A DNA stretch of 61,686 bases, filler included, from Squatina squatina (Eukaryota): NCBI GenBank assembly GCA_031763465.1. It is 4 parts of 3 records of this genome, joined end to end, with 100 filler letters (N's around TTAATTAATTAA, not from the genome) between each part and the next. Parts side by side here need not be neighbours in the genome. Positions count along the whole stretch, not along the records: positions 1 to 17,879 come from JARFOE010000001.1; positions 17,980 to 33,148 come from JARFOE010000004.1; 2 more parts are not named here. One strand, given 5' to 3'. Below the pieces are notes generated by a model. That model did no database searches, had not been told where the DNA came from, and saw nothing but the letters and a program-made list of their open reading frames with translations. The position numbers and the translations under genes were made by a program. This document shows positions 13,391 through 25,313 of this stretch, one piece after another. Every line of letters begins with the position of its first letter. Positions within the stretch are counted from its first letter, which is position 1.

Positions 13391-13713
13391 AATGCAGTAG
13401 ATATAATATATTTGGNNNNNNNNNNNNNNNNNNNNNNNNNNNNNNNNNNNNNNNNNNNNNNNNNNNNNNNNNNNNNNNNNNNNNNNNNNNNNNNNNNNNN
13501 NNNNNNNNNNNNNNNGGATGGGGTTGAGCTGCTGCTTCTGACGTACGTTGTTGTGTGGTGTTGTAAGTGGTTGGTAACTGTCCTGAGTGACTGCCTCTCC
13601 TCAGACACACTGCGCTGTATCTCCAACCTGGAAAGCAGCTTCAGTCTGACCCACTCTCCATCGTAGTAGTTCATCAGCTCTACAGAAAGGAAGTTCTATA
13701 AAGATTCACCTCC

Positions 13714-13818
13714 ATGGGCATTGGGGATTATGTCTGTGTCGCAATCGATGGTGGAGCGCCCTGGGGTTTTAGACTGCAAGGTGGCAAAGAGCACAAGCAG
13801 CCTTTACAGGTCTCAAAG
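13714..13818 (+). CDS. SYNPO2: Synaptopodin-2 coding exon 1 (start of PDZ domain)
   Basis: ccATGG start. Reads [35 protein letters not shown] and ends AAG|gtaagc. Matches the recalled SYNPO2 N-terminus ([35 protein letters not shown]) better than SYNPO2L. Confidence 0.9.
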
Positions 13819-15377
13819 GTAAGCAGAATGATTTAATTGAGATGCACACAATGTTCATCAAAGGCAGAATATTTCAATTTAACATCCTGGAGTGCTTTCA
13901 ATATAGTTGCTGGAATTGGTTAATAATTTTGAGACTAATTTTGTGTACATTTAGTATATACTTTTCTTAAAATCTGTGGGATTCACAGAATGAAAAACAA
14001 TGACATATTATTCCTTTGGAATTTTTTTTGCGAAGGTTCTCAAAGCGTAACTGTGAGCCATTCTTTGGCATTCAATGACAATCTGATCCAGAATCCTGTA
14101 GGGAACACCAAATCATAAATTTCAGAATTCCCCCAATAAGGCAACTGGTCTTAATAGTCGGGTACTGATAAAATTATCTCATTTCACACCAGAAAGAATT
14201 CTCTCCAGTGAAACAATGAAAGTTGATTACTTCTAAAAGTTGACTGTAAGATGAAAATAGTATTATCAGCTATAATCTTAAAAGAGACTTCCTGTTACGT
14301 CTTATTAAAGAAGAAATTATAGCCTGTGGGCTGTTCTTTTATTTTTGGCTGTAGGTGAATGAATATTGAACCCTTTACTGGGCAACTGTGGGGATCTGCT
14401 TTTGATTAAATCACACCAGTTAAATAGCATGAAATGTATTACCGAACATTAATTGACAGCACATTGTTCAACTTTAAGTGAAAATACCAGCATTCAAGAG
14501 GGCGGGAGTAGTATTTATGTTCATTCGTCTATTTTTAAACTTTTGCTTAATAGCAAAGTTTGTGTTCGAAAGTGACAGTAGAATAAGATGCAAAACTCAT
14601 TCTACCCTATAATGCAATGCATCACAGATGGTCAAACATTTAAAATACTGCATTAAACTGCTGGGTCTACCAGATTGGAAATAAGATTTACTGCATTATT
14701 TATTGGTAAATGATATTTTATAGTATTATATTATTGATATTTTTTGCAAACTGGCTTGGTTTTGCAGTGCTTGAACAGTTCCAGTGATGCAAAATGTATG
14801 AGTTGCTGCACTGCACTGAAGTCCATTATTTGATACAATTATAAGAATGGAGATGTACTTGATTTTAACTCAGCATGATGATTTGTGCTGCTGTATGTGT
14901 TTTACTCTCTTGCTTTTGCATTAGATAAAATATAATGAAGTTCTTTGTGCTTTATAATTTGTTACTAAGGAACTTGAAATTCTAGCATTTCTATCTTTAT
15001 TAACAATGTTTGAAGTACTGTTAAAATATCAGGACGAAACATTATTTTACTTTTGTAGCCTATAAGTGTTATCTTAGATTTATTCATGAACTGTTTTAGT
15101 AGTCAATGCCAGTGTGACATCATTACCTTCTTTTTTTTAAGAAATCTGATTAAATGGGCTAAATAGTAATCAAAAAAGTTGGAGATAATTACCTATTGAG
15201 AAAGTGGAAAAAAATAAAAAGTTCCAGAAGTGTGACACCTAGCGAATCTTTTGTGCAGTTGCAACATTAAAAAATCCTGCACTGCGAGAGACCGACTAAT
15301 CCAGAAATCTGATTTATATTATTGTATAACATGAACATCATAAATGCATGACAGGGTTTAGTACTCTTTAAAACAAC

Positions 15378-15946
15378 TTTCACTGTATCAGTTTCCCTGT
15401 ATCGGGGTTTGACTGTATTGGGAGTCTCTTTGTATCAGTTTCACTGTATCAGGAATTTCATTTTATCAGTCTCACTGTATTGGGGTTTTCACTGCATCAG
15501 GAGTCTCAGTATGTGGAACACTGTACAAAACTAAAATACTGCGGATGATGGAGAATGGGATGGGATCAGGAGAAAGTGAAGGGGAAGAAGGTTCCGGATG
15601 GACATTGGTGTTTCACTATATTGGAAGTCTCACTGTATCTGTTTTAATGTAATCAGGAATTTTGTTCTATCAGTTTCACTGTATTGGAGGTTTCACTGTA
15701 TTGGGAGTCTAACTATATCAGTTTCACTGTAATCAGGAATTTCATTGTGGCAGTCTCACTGTATCGGGAGTCTCACTGCATCAGTTTCACTGTAATCAGG
15801 AATTTCATTGTGGCAGTCTCACTGTATCGGGAGTCTCATTGTATTGGGTGTCTCACTGTATCAGTTTCACTGTATCAGGTTCACTGCATCAGGGTTTCAC
15901 TATAACAGGAGTTTCATAGTTTCACAGTGTTGGGAGTCTCACTGCT
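15378..15946. repeat. Degenerate minisatellite built on TTTCACTGTATC(A/G)G
   Basis: Many 13-17 nt variants (tttcactgtatcag, gtctcactgtatcggga), with a higher-order 60-nt duplication around 15721-15840 and an interruption at ~15515-15605. Confidence 0.9.
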
Positions 15947-16343
15947 NNNNNNNNNNNNNNNNNNNNNNNNNNNNNNNNNNNNNNNNNNNNNNNNNNNNNN
16001 NNNNNNNNNNNNNNNNNNNNNNNNNNNNNNNNNNNNNNNNNNNNNNAAATTCACCCCAATAATCCAGGCTGACAGTTCAGTGAGGTACTGAGTAAGTACG
16101 GCATACATATACTGTGCAATACATTGAACAATTCAACAATCGTTATAATCTATGACTTACTGCTACCTATTAAAAAGATTCATACTTTACAGGACATTTC
16201 CAAAATTATTTTAAAATGACAATATGCATACAGAGCCACCTTTGTCCTTTTTAATGGGTCTTTAGTGCTTTGATTGATTCCTACACAACATTAATGTTTT
16301 TCATAGCTAGATTTTGTTTTGTTTGTGTCTTTCATGTTTCTAG

Positions 16344-16495
16344 GTTCGGAAGAAGAGTAAAGCCTGCATAGCTGGATTATGTGAGGGAGATGAACTTATC
16401 TCAATCAACAGTAAACCTTGTTCAGAATTAACCCATTCTGAAGCCATGCAGCTAATAGATGGGACCAGTGACACTCTGCAAATCCTCATTAAAAG
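16344..16495 (+). CDS. SYNPO2: Synaptopodin-2 coding exon 2 (rest of PDZ domain)
   Basis: ttctag|GTT acceptor and AAAAG|gtaga donor, 152 nt. Reads VRKKSKACIAGLCEGDELISINSKPCSELTHSEAMQLIDGTSDTLQILIK(R), in phase with exon 1. Confidence 0.9.
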
Positions 16496-17812
16496 GTAGA
16501 GCCATTTGTGCTGAAAACCAACAAGTCTCTTTATTTATTAGCAGTTTTATTATTTACATTTTACAATGATAGAACTAAACATTAAAGTACAGGAACCAAA
16601 AAAGGGTGTTTTGATTTAGTCACCCNNNNNNNNNNNNNNNNNNNNNNNNNNNNNNNNNNNNNNNNNNNNNNNNNNNNNNNNNNNNNNNNNNNNNNNNNNN
16701 NNNNNNNNNNNNNNNNNNNNNNNNNCTGCTGCAGAAATATTACCTGCTTAAAGAACTAGTTGCAGTACTAGTTGTGCTAACTCCATAGAACTTCTGTTCA
16801 TTAGCACATTGAAGGTTAACGTAGAATGTAGTACATATTTATGTGGCATATGCCATACTTAGAAGGCAATAGTGATTGCTTATGCAGTCACACTATCAAA
16901 ATGCCTTCAAAGGTTAATTTAATGGATGTGGGAGTTATAGATTTGACCTTTTAATATTGTTATTTGCAACTTAATTGATTTGTTGATTTCTTTCATCTTC
17001 TTTAAAGTTTAATTAACTTGTGCTGGGCTGAATATAAAGTGGCTGTAAATCTGAATGATGTCTTCCAGAGCCTTTCATCATTCTGAATGTTTGACTCACT
17101 AGTGCTTCACTGGTGCAATTTTAGCCCTCTGGTCTCTATATCTTCAATGTATATTTAGGTAATTAGATTAGAGACTTGTTACTTGATAGTTTGTACAGAC
17201 AACTGCTGATTGGTGCTCTTCCTTTCTGTGTCACCAGTCTAAATACAATCTCTTACCATTGCGTGATAAATTCTAGCCTAAAAAAGTTACACATGTTGAG
17301 CAGAAGCTTCTGCAAAGAGAAAGGTTTAAGCACTGTTATATTTACTTATTTTTACATTTCCCAAGTACAGCAAGAAACTTTAAATGTTCTGATTAGATAT
17401 AGATTTAGATCATGATGCAACCACAAAGAACTTCAGAGATCAAGTTAATAATTTGAGCAAAGTCTCTGCAGCTATTAAATCATTAAATTTAACAGAAATT
17501 CTATAATCGACATAAGGAAATATTTTCAACTTGGTGCTCATGTGTAAAACTGCCTTTGCTGCTCAGCTGTCCATTATAGAAACCAACTGATTTCCACTTC
17601 CATTGATTTCAAGCTGAAAGTCCACCCCATAGTTTTTCACTGCTGTAATACACATTGTATCTATTGCCTATCAATGTAAGCGCAACCAATAGCAAAATTA
17701 AAATAAATGTAAGGTCATAATAAATAATAAGTTCTGGCAAAAGAACTACTGTGGCATCAAAATGCTTATTTGTTTCTAATCATTGTGGGTTTTTTTTTTG
17801 CATTCCTTTTAG

Positions 17813-17879
17813 GCCCATCAGTGAGAAAACAGATCAACCAGAATACACCGATTATGAAGGAACAAAGAGCAGGGAAGCA
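17813..17879 (+). CDS. SYNPO2: Synaptopodin-2 exon 3, 5' part (cut off by scaffold end)
   Basis: Strong poly-T acceptor (cattccttttag|G). The G completes the phase-2 Arg codon, then PISEKTDQPEYTDYEGTKSREA stays open to the gap. The 'IKRP' junction matches SYNPO2. Confidence 0.7.
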
Positions 17880-17923
17880 NNNNNNNNNNNNNNNNNNNNN
17901 NNNNNNNNNNNNNNNNNNNNNNN

Positions 17924-17935
17924 TTAATTAATTAA
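17924..17935. other. Artificial scaffold linker TTAATTAATTAA
   Basis: Palindromic 12-mer with stops in all six frames, centred in a 100-nt block (17880-17979). Gene content changes across it. Confidence 0.95.
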
Positions 17936-17979
17936 NNNNNNNNNNNNNNNNNNNNNNNNNNNNNNNNNNNNNNNNNNNN

Positions 17980-18623
17980 CGATTTGTTTCCCCAAAACTC
18001 CGCCAACTGCACGTGGACCTTGGAGAACCCGGACCCGACCAAGTACACCATCTACCTGAAATTCTTCAAAAGGGACCACGGCTGCTCCAACTTCTCCCTA
18101 TGGGTGTACCAGTTCGACCACTATTCCCCTGAGAAGATCCGGGAGCTGCTGAGGAACGCCCGATCCGTCGTCCACCTGTGCCAGGCGAGCAGCATGTTTG
18201 TCTGTTTGGAGTTTGGCAAGAACTTCGTCCAGCTGCGGCGCCTGGTTCCGCCCGACGGGGCGGCGGGCCACCCTGGCGGCCGGCCGGCTTTCCAGTTCCT
18301 GGTGGTGAACAAGGTGAGCCCCAGCCAGTTCGGTTGCCAGGTCCTGTGCGGATGGCTGGAGGGCTGCCTGAGAGCTGCCGGGGGCCAAGTGGCAAGTGCC
18401 AGGGACAGAGGAGGAGGAGGAGGAGGAGGCAATGGAGAGTCAGAGGCCAACTCCTGCGGGGTGATGGACGCCAAGTGCAACTGCCAGCAGGATGTGATGA
18501 CGGGCGTGGACGGGCTGGATATGGTTCTACCTCTCAATGCAGAAACCGAGGGCTGCCTCTCCGCCCGCCTCCACACCACCCACACATGCAACCTCACCGA
18601 GGGCAAGCGCACACCTCGAAAAG
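17980..18623 (+). CDS. ADGRB3: ADGRB3/BAI3 large N-terminal (CUB-like) exon, 5' end in gap
   Basis: Contains FPQNSANCTWTLENPDPTKYTIYLKF, YQFDH, FLVVNKVSPSQFGC and VLPLNAETEGCL, all characteristic of BAI3. Donor AAAG|gtagg at 18623/18624. Confidence 0.93.
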
Positions 18624-21600
18624 GTAGGCTTTCTTATTTTACCTCAATGCACTGGAACTTGCTGTCAAAAAAAAACCCTCGAGGTACCAATTCTAAAGTA
18701 ATTACACGCATCAAATAATTGCTATTATCTATATCTAAAGGATTTCTATAATTGTTATTAGAGTTACAACTATATAAAATCAGATTGTGCCCGTGTTTCT
18801 ATTCTGTTTTGAAGAGACGAACCTATTTGTGGTTAGGTGGTTAACAAATTTGGAATATCCCTTACCCAATAGACTTGAGGAGACGTTGACTGTTTTTGCT
18901 CGGTTGCTAGGCATATCCTGAGATGAAAACGCAGGTTTGGTTTCCTAAACTTGTCCACAGCTTTTGTGAAGAGACTAGTTTTTTCTATGAGTCTCTTCAC
19001 ATTCCATTTGTCTCTTGGGCTGTACAGGTTCGTTCACTTTACNNNNNNNNNNNNNNNNNNNNNNNNNNNNNNNNNNNNNNNNNNNNNNNNNNNNNNNNNN
19101 NNNNNNNNNNNNNNNNNNNNNNNNNNNNNNNNNNNNNNNNNNCAAGGGCGGTTCCAAGAAGTTGGACAGTGGAGGAGAGGTGTTGGGTGAGCATGATGTT
19201 GTCAGCCATGTCAAAGTCTGCAGGGAGGATGGAGGGATAATGCACCATGGTCACACACTATACCCATTTGAACTGTGTACCCAAACCGATTTAGTTCATT
19301 TTGAGCTGTTTAAAGGATTGAATTGATAGCTGCGATCTCATGACTTCTCTCAAGAGAACAGCTATTGGATAGCCTTCATTATGGGATGCACTGATCCGTG
19401 CCAAGGTTTCTCCCTGCGGTAACGCAGAGTCACTTTTATCGATTGCAGCAGACTTACATTTAGGACAGCAGCATTAGGTTTAAAATCCTGCATAAGCTTG
19501 ATACCAGCATTTTAAGGCATTCTGTCAATTTAGACTTTATCACTAAATAACGTCAAGTTTTATGTAATTTGGATTTTTAAACTGCTCTGTGCTATATTTG
19601 CAACTGCTCATTTTTAAACTTTGCTCCGCAGAGTGTTCTGTAATTGCCCCCGAGCCAGGAAATGGCCTTACTTTGATCATTTTCAATATTTCACTTGATA
19701 ATTTAAGCTTCAAATTCTTTTATATTAAAATTGTTGTCTGCATTTGCTGTGGAAAGGCTAAAATGAGCATTCCAAACAAGTAAAATTCTTTTTTGAAAAT
19801 CAGAACAAAATTCAGAAAAAAAGTAAACCTATTTACTAGTTGCCCCAAATATTGATAGGATCATCTAAGTTGCCTTTTAATGTACATTTAAGAGTTTAGC
19901 CACACAGTCACAGGGAAAGTCCTACTGAAACACCAAGAATGCACCGACTCAGCATAAACTGCCCTGTAATGGTACATCTTTCCAATTGTAGTCAATTATT
20001 TTTTCTAACCTGGTGCGGATGTAGCTGTTACTGTTGTTGCTATATCACTGACACAACATTATTATCTTCTAACTTGAGCGTGCTGGTAATGTGTGGTTGA
20101 GCTAAGAAGATTAGCATATGAAGANNNNNNNNNNNNNNNNNNNNNNNNNNNNNNNNNNNNNNNNNNNNNNNNNNNNNNNNNNNNNNNNNNNNNNNNNNNN
20201 NNNNNNNNNNNNNNNNNNNNNNNNTTTTTTTGAATTAAAATTTTTTAACATTTCTTACGATGGTAAAACCAAGCAGATATGCTAGGTTTTACCATGCATA
20301 AAAAATTCGAAGAGATCCCGAGCGCAAGTATTGCAAAAATATCGCAAAGCTCAGTGCTGGGGGTGGGCTTCGCAGCCTCAGTGTTGGATCTGTCCAGAAG
20401 CTTAGGCTTTTGTGATGTCTTCCCGGGTGCATGGGAACATCGTTCCCACCCGGGGAGATCGCAATTTCAGGGATCGGGTGCAACGCTGGTTCTACACGCC
20501 GCCCAATTGTGTCACCCATTGAAGTTAATGGAGAGTAATATTGGATGGAGCGTGAAAGCAGCATTCCACCCAATTCCGTGGTTTTCCCACCCCATGAGTT
20601 GGGTTAAAAGAGGAGCCCCTCTGGAGCTCCTTGTGCCAGCTCTCTGAAGGAGCTATCCAATTAGTCCCATTCTCCTGCTCTTTCCCCATTACCCTGCAAT
20701 CTTTTCCTTTGTAAATATACATATGTAATGATTCCCTCTTTCCCTAAAGATAAGGCATTCCAAATGGTTGGGCTCAGATCAGGATCTCACTGTGTATGAT
20801 GCATTCCCATAGAATTCAGAGGGGAAAAATATCAAGGCATGGGGATGGTACATTAATGGTTTGATTCTTAGCTAATGTTTTAACTGGCTCATTTCTGTAT
20901 TGGCAGATGTAATTACTTCAATTAAAATTAATAGCCAGAGTTGCATTTAGTTAAGTCATATTGTGACCCTCAGAGATGAGTGTTTATTAATTATTTAATA
21001 AACAAATGAAGTATAGGTGGTAGTGTAATTGTTGAATAGATTTTATGTCCCATGCAAATTATTCCTGAACAAATTGTGATGTCACTCGAGAGAACATTGA
21101 ACAATAACTCCAGTCAGATTGAACCGTCCAATCTTTATCTTGAATGAGGTCATCCCATCTTGTCTTCTATTCCTTTCAGCATTCAGGTATTTTTGCACGA
21201 AGAGTCTTGATACGCAAAGCTTCACCAGTCACCTATGTCTGACTACCATTATAGCAACAACATTGAGGAATCTGAGAGAGATAGCTAACCATTTTAACCA
21301 TTCTATGATTCTATGCTGAGAGCCGGCATTTGCTCGAAGGGTTGAATGACCTTCTGTGCTGTAACCATTTTATGAACTAAGGCCACAAATTTCCTGGACC
21401 TTTTCGGTGCAACTAAGACAGCTTGTGCCGTATTGTTTTCTGAGGAAATTCACACCNNNNNNNNNNNNNNNNNNNNNNNNNNNNNNNNNNNNNNNNNNNN
21501 NNNNNNNNNNNNNNNNNNNNNNNNNNNNNNNNNNNNNNNNNNNNNNNNNNNNNNNNTGTTGAACTACTTCTGCACTCGAGATTCTAAATGTGGTTCTGAA

Positions 21601-21989
21601 GCCCGACATTGTGATGAATTTGGTAGAATATATTATTCAGCACTTTCAATCAAAGTTTGAAGGAAGTCAATTATAACGCTAATCAGTTACTGGTCCTATT
21701 TCAGGAATATATAGTATAGGTCATCCAAAGAGTAATAGAGGTTTTTAATATTAATAGGAAGATGTTCATAGATATTTAAGCCACTGATTAAAATTTTAAA
21801 GGAGTCAGGTATTCAATCTGGGCTACATGGTGATGCACTGTTGTATTTTATTATACAGATTTGAACATTTATACAATCACTTGGCTATTGTTCACTAATT
21901 ATTTAATACTGTAAAAAGTTTGCATCACATTTGCTCAGAAGAACCCTTTGTGTCTGTAATATGAGGGCGCTTGTTCGGGTTTTAGCCTT

Positions 21990-22177
21990 GGCACCGGAGA
22001 GACACTCGCCTCAGAGCCAGTCATGGTTCAAGCCCCACTCCAGAGACTTAAGCACATAATCCAGGCTGATACTTCAGTGCAGCACCCAGGGAATGCTGCA
22101 CTGTCGGAGGTGCCTCCTTTCACGAGACGTTAAACCAGGTCCTGTCTTCCCTGTCAGATGGATGTAAAAGATCCCAC
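21990..22177 (+). mobile_element. DeuSINE (SacSINE/AmnSINE-like) 5' part
   Basis: tRNA-like B-box ggttcaagccc, then cacataatccaggctgatacttcagtgcag...gagacgttaaacc. Clearly homologous to 59865-60210. Confidence 0.75.
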
Positions 22178-22277
22178 NNNNNNNNNNNNNNNNNNNNNNN
22201 NNNNNNNNNNNNNNNNNNNNNNNNNNNNNNNNNNNNNNNNNNNNNNNNNNNNNNNNNNNNNNNNNNNNNNNNNNNNN

Positions 22278-22520
22278 GGGTAGAGTAGATTAGGGTAGGA
22301 TAGGTTGGGGTAGGGTTGGGTAGAGTAGATTAGGGTGGGGTAGAGTTGGGTAGAGTAGATTAAGGAGGGGTAGAGTTGGGTAGAGGGTTGGGTAGAGTAG
22401 ATTAGGGTGGGGTAGAGTTGGGTAGAGTAGATTAGGGTGGGGTAGAGTGGGGTAGAGTAGATTAGGGTGGGGTAGAGTTGGGTAGAGTAGATTAGGGTGG
22501 GGTAGAGTGGGGTAGAGTAA
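22278..22520. repeat. 30-nt G-rich minisatellite (GGGTAGAGTAGATTAGGGTGGGGTAGAGTT)n
   Basis: About 8 units made of pentamer variants GGGTA/GAGTA/GATTA/GGGTG. It runs into the gap and produces the spurious (LYPTLPHPNL)n ORF. Confidence 0.92.
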
Positions 22521-23594
22521 TAAGGTGTTCAATGATCACATTTCACCCACAGTTTGTCCTGTAATTTTGAAGCTGTAAGCTTATTGTCTGCTCTGATATA
22601 GAACACATTCTACATGGCTGTCTGCTGTATGAGCTGCTGTATTTAAGGAAAAACATGTGCAAATTTATGCAGACAGCTGCCTGCACTGAAGTACAGAATG
22701 CGCTCTTTAGATATGCAGATACCAACGTCAAGAATGCGGAATTACTGGATGGGCCAAGAATGAAACGTACAACATTAATATTGATTACCGTGGAAAGCAT
22801 CAGCTGTGATTCCTCCTTGCTTTGGGAGCAACTTTTGAATCGACTCCCATCGAAATTAATTTATTCCACTTGGTTTCTGCCTCATTTCTGTTGTGAGGAT
22901 GCAAAACTGAAGCACATTGACATTGAGGTGATCTTCGGATCCCAACACATGCCCTGGGAACTGTACGAATATTTCTCGTGATTCATGCGGCAGAGTTGTC
23001 ATCATTATTTATATTACTTTTCTCTTAGTCCTTCTGTTTCTACGTCAACGGCTCTTTTACTAGGCTGTCAGAATGTTAATACAAGGGATTGCATTCAAGC
23101 CGAACCCTACCTGAATTCAGGAATTGAGTCAGAGACGGCTTTCTGAACTTTCACTCCACAGCTTAACATAAATACAAGAATTTATGTTACATATTGAAAT
23201 GTACCATCTAGTGCAGCACTAAAATAAAACCCATGACTGCTACTTCAATTTGCTGCAATTGGAAGTAAGTCCAGAACGACTTCTATAAAGCAGCAAGTAT
23301 GGCAGATTCATGGCAGTAATTGTACTTTTACAGCCTGCATCTATGATATTGAGGTGGCAGTGAGGAGTTTTATTTCCTTACCGCAGCTAATGTTAAGCTA
23401 CGACATATATTTTAATTGTCTTTATCCTGACTGAGTCACAAGGCTAAAAACTAGATACCAGCACTGACACACTGTTGCATCAATTTGACAATGTCCTTTG
23501 AAATGAAGGTTTGATCTCCAGTTAAGGGAATTTTCAAGCTGGTGACCAGCTCAGTATTGGAGAAGGGATCATTCACATGATAAAATAGGGAGTG

Positions 23595-23895
23595 ACAATA
23601 AGGACAAGTCGATAAGACTGTTTAAAAAAGCACATGACATCCTTGGCTTTAAAAATAGAGGCATTGGGTTTGGGTTGTGAGTCTTTGGAACTCTCTACCC
23701 TGTGGATGCTCAGTCGTTGAGTATATTCAAGACAGAGGTCGATAATTTTTTAGGAACTAAGGGAATTAAGGGATATGGGGATAATGCGGGAAGGTGGAGT
23801 TGAGGTAGAAGATCAGCCATGATCTTGTTGAATGGCAGAGCAGGCTCGAAGGGCCAAATCGTCTACTCCAGCTCCTATTTCTTATGTTCTTATGG
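23595..23895 (+). mobile_element. CR1 LINE 3' fragment
   Basis: Contains gtctttggaactctctaccc, gatcagccatgatcttgttgaatggcagagcaggctcgaagggcc and a (ttcttatg)n tail. Confidence 0.8.
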
Positions 23896-25151
23896 ATGGG
23901 TGATGGTGCCCAAAGAGCAAAGACCTTACCCGCTTTGAGGAGACTGTAATACTGTTTATCAGCATAAAGGCCTTAAAGGTCTTCGGGACAGCAACATTGG
24001 AGACTGCAGCCAAGCTCCTGGTTTGCACCATTATGTCACAAGGAGAAGCTCTGAACTTGGGTAAGGCAGGCATAGTACTGGCGAGGTGACCATAGGTGGG
24101 TGCTGATGTGAGACTCAGCATACCAACTGATCCTCCTGCATAATTTTGGGAATCAGACCCTGTGAGCCATCTTTCAATCAGAAGATTAGCATGGAGGTGT
24201 GCAACATGCTGGAAGCTGGTTTGAATAGAATGGACAAGTCTACCACTCAGATCTATTCCACCAGTCCATCCAGAGTCATGCCATCATGCAACAGGTGACT
24301 CCACTGCATCATTCAGCACAAGGCAGTATAGGTGGTATCGGCAGTTGGAGTTCCATGCATATAGAACAGCATCTGTCAAATTCCCACTGTTGTTGTTGAG
24401 GTCTAAAATTGAAGATATGCCTTTTTCATCTCTAGACTCAATTATTCTAATACTGCCCTTACTGCCCTCCCTTCCTTCATCCTCCTCAAATCCCAACTTT
24501 CCAAAACACAGCTGCATGTTCCACATTAAGTNNNNNNNNNNNNNNNNNNNNNNNNNNNNNNNNNNNNNNNNNNNNNNNNNNNNNNNNNNNNNNNNNNNNN
24601 NNNNNNNNNNNNNNNNNNNNNNNNNNNNNNNTTCCCCCTGCCCCCACCCCACCAAGGAGGCCAGTTCCTTCCATTTGGGCTTGACGCAGCATGCAGTATA
24701 ACTTGAGCGCACTGGGAAGCTGGGTTTAATGAAGTGGTTGGACAGTCCAGTGCAGCTCCAGGGGCACTTTATAAGCTGACTACAGAAGGCATTTTTTCAT
24801 TTTGAAAGCTGGACGGTTCCCACCAGTGGTCTCAAGACGTTTCAAATGTACCAGCAGGAGCCAAGAAAATGTGTTTCCAGCTGACACCATCAAACAGGAG
24901 TCGCTGGTTACAAGTCTCAGACCTGCAGCACAGTATAGCCAGAATCTTCCATTCAATTATCATTCCAAACCGCTTTCCAAGATCGATCTGGAATTCTCAA
25001 CAGCTGTTGCTTCCAATTTACTCACAGCTATAGTTTCTGTTTGAGACACAAGATTGCATACAGTGTCTGTCCTGTTTATTCTTGGTGCTATTGTATTATT
25101 GTAATGGGGCTGATGCTGTTTAATAATTGGTGTGTCACTCTTTATATACAG

Positions 25152-25313
25152 GAGACCCTGTTACAGAAGAATGGACCCAGTGGAGTATGTGTTCAGTAAC
25201 ATGTGGTCAAGGGTCGCAGGTGCGAACCAGAGCTTGTGTATCATCTTACGGGATACTGTGCAGCGTGCCTTTAAGAGAATCAAGGGTTTGCAATAACACT
25301 GTCCTCTGTCCAG
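25152..25313 (+). CDS. ADGRB3: ADGRB3 exon, thrombospondin type-1 repeat 1
   Basis: acag|GA...CCAG|gtagt, phase 1-1, 162 nt. Reads [53 protein letters not shown] (WxxW and CSVTCG motifs). Confidence 0.93.

Noticed and set aside
13149-13674. Leu-rich and Ser/Thr-rich ORFs
   Set aside because: Translations of a simple repeat plus a gap.
15378-15946. Repeat array as a CRISPR-like locus
   Set aside because: No unique spacers, degenerate units, vertebrate intron context and no cas genes.
18066-18627. Overlapping alternative and antisense ORFs on the ADGRB3 exon
   Set aside because: Expected by-product of high GC content. No recognisable protein.
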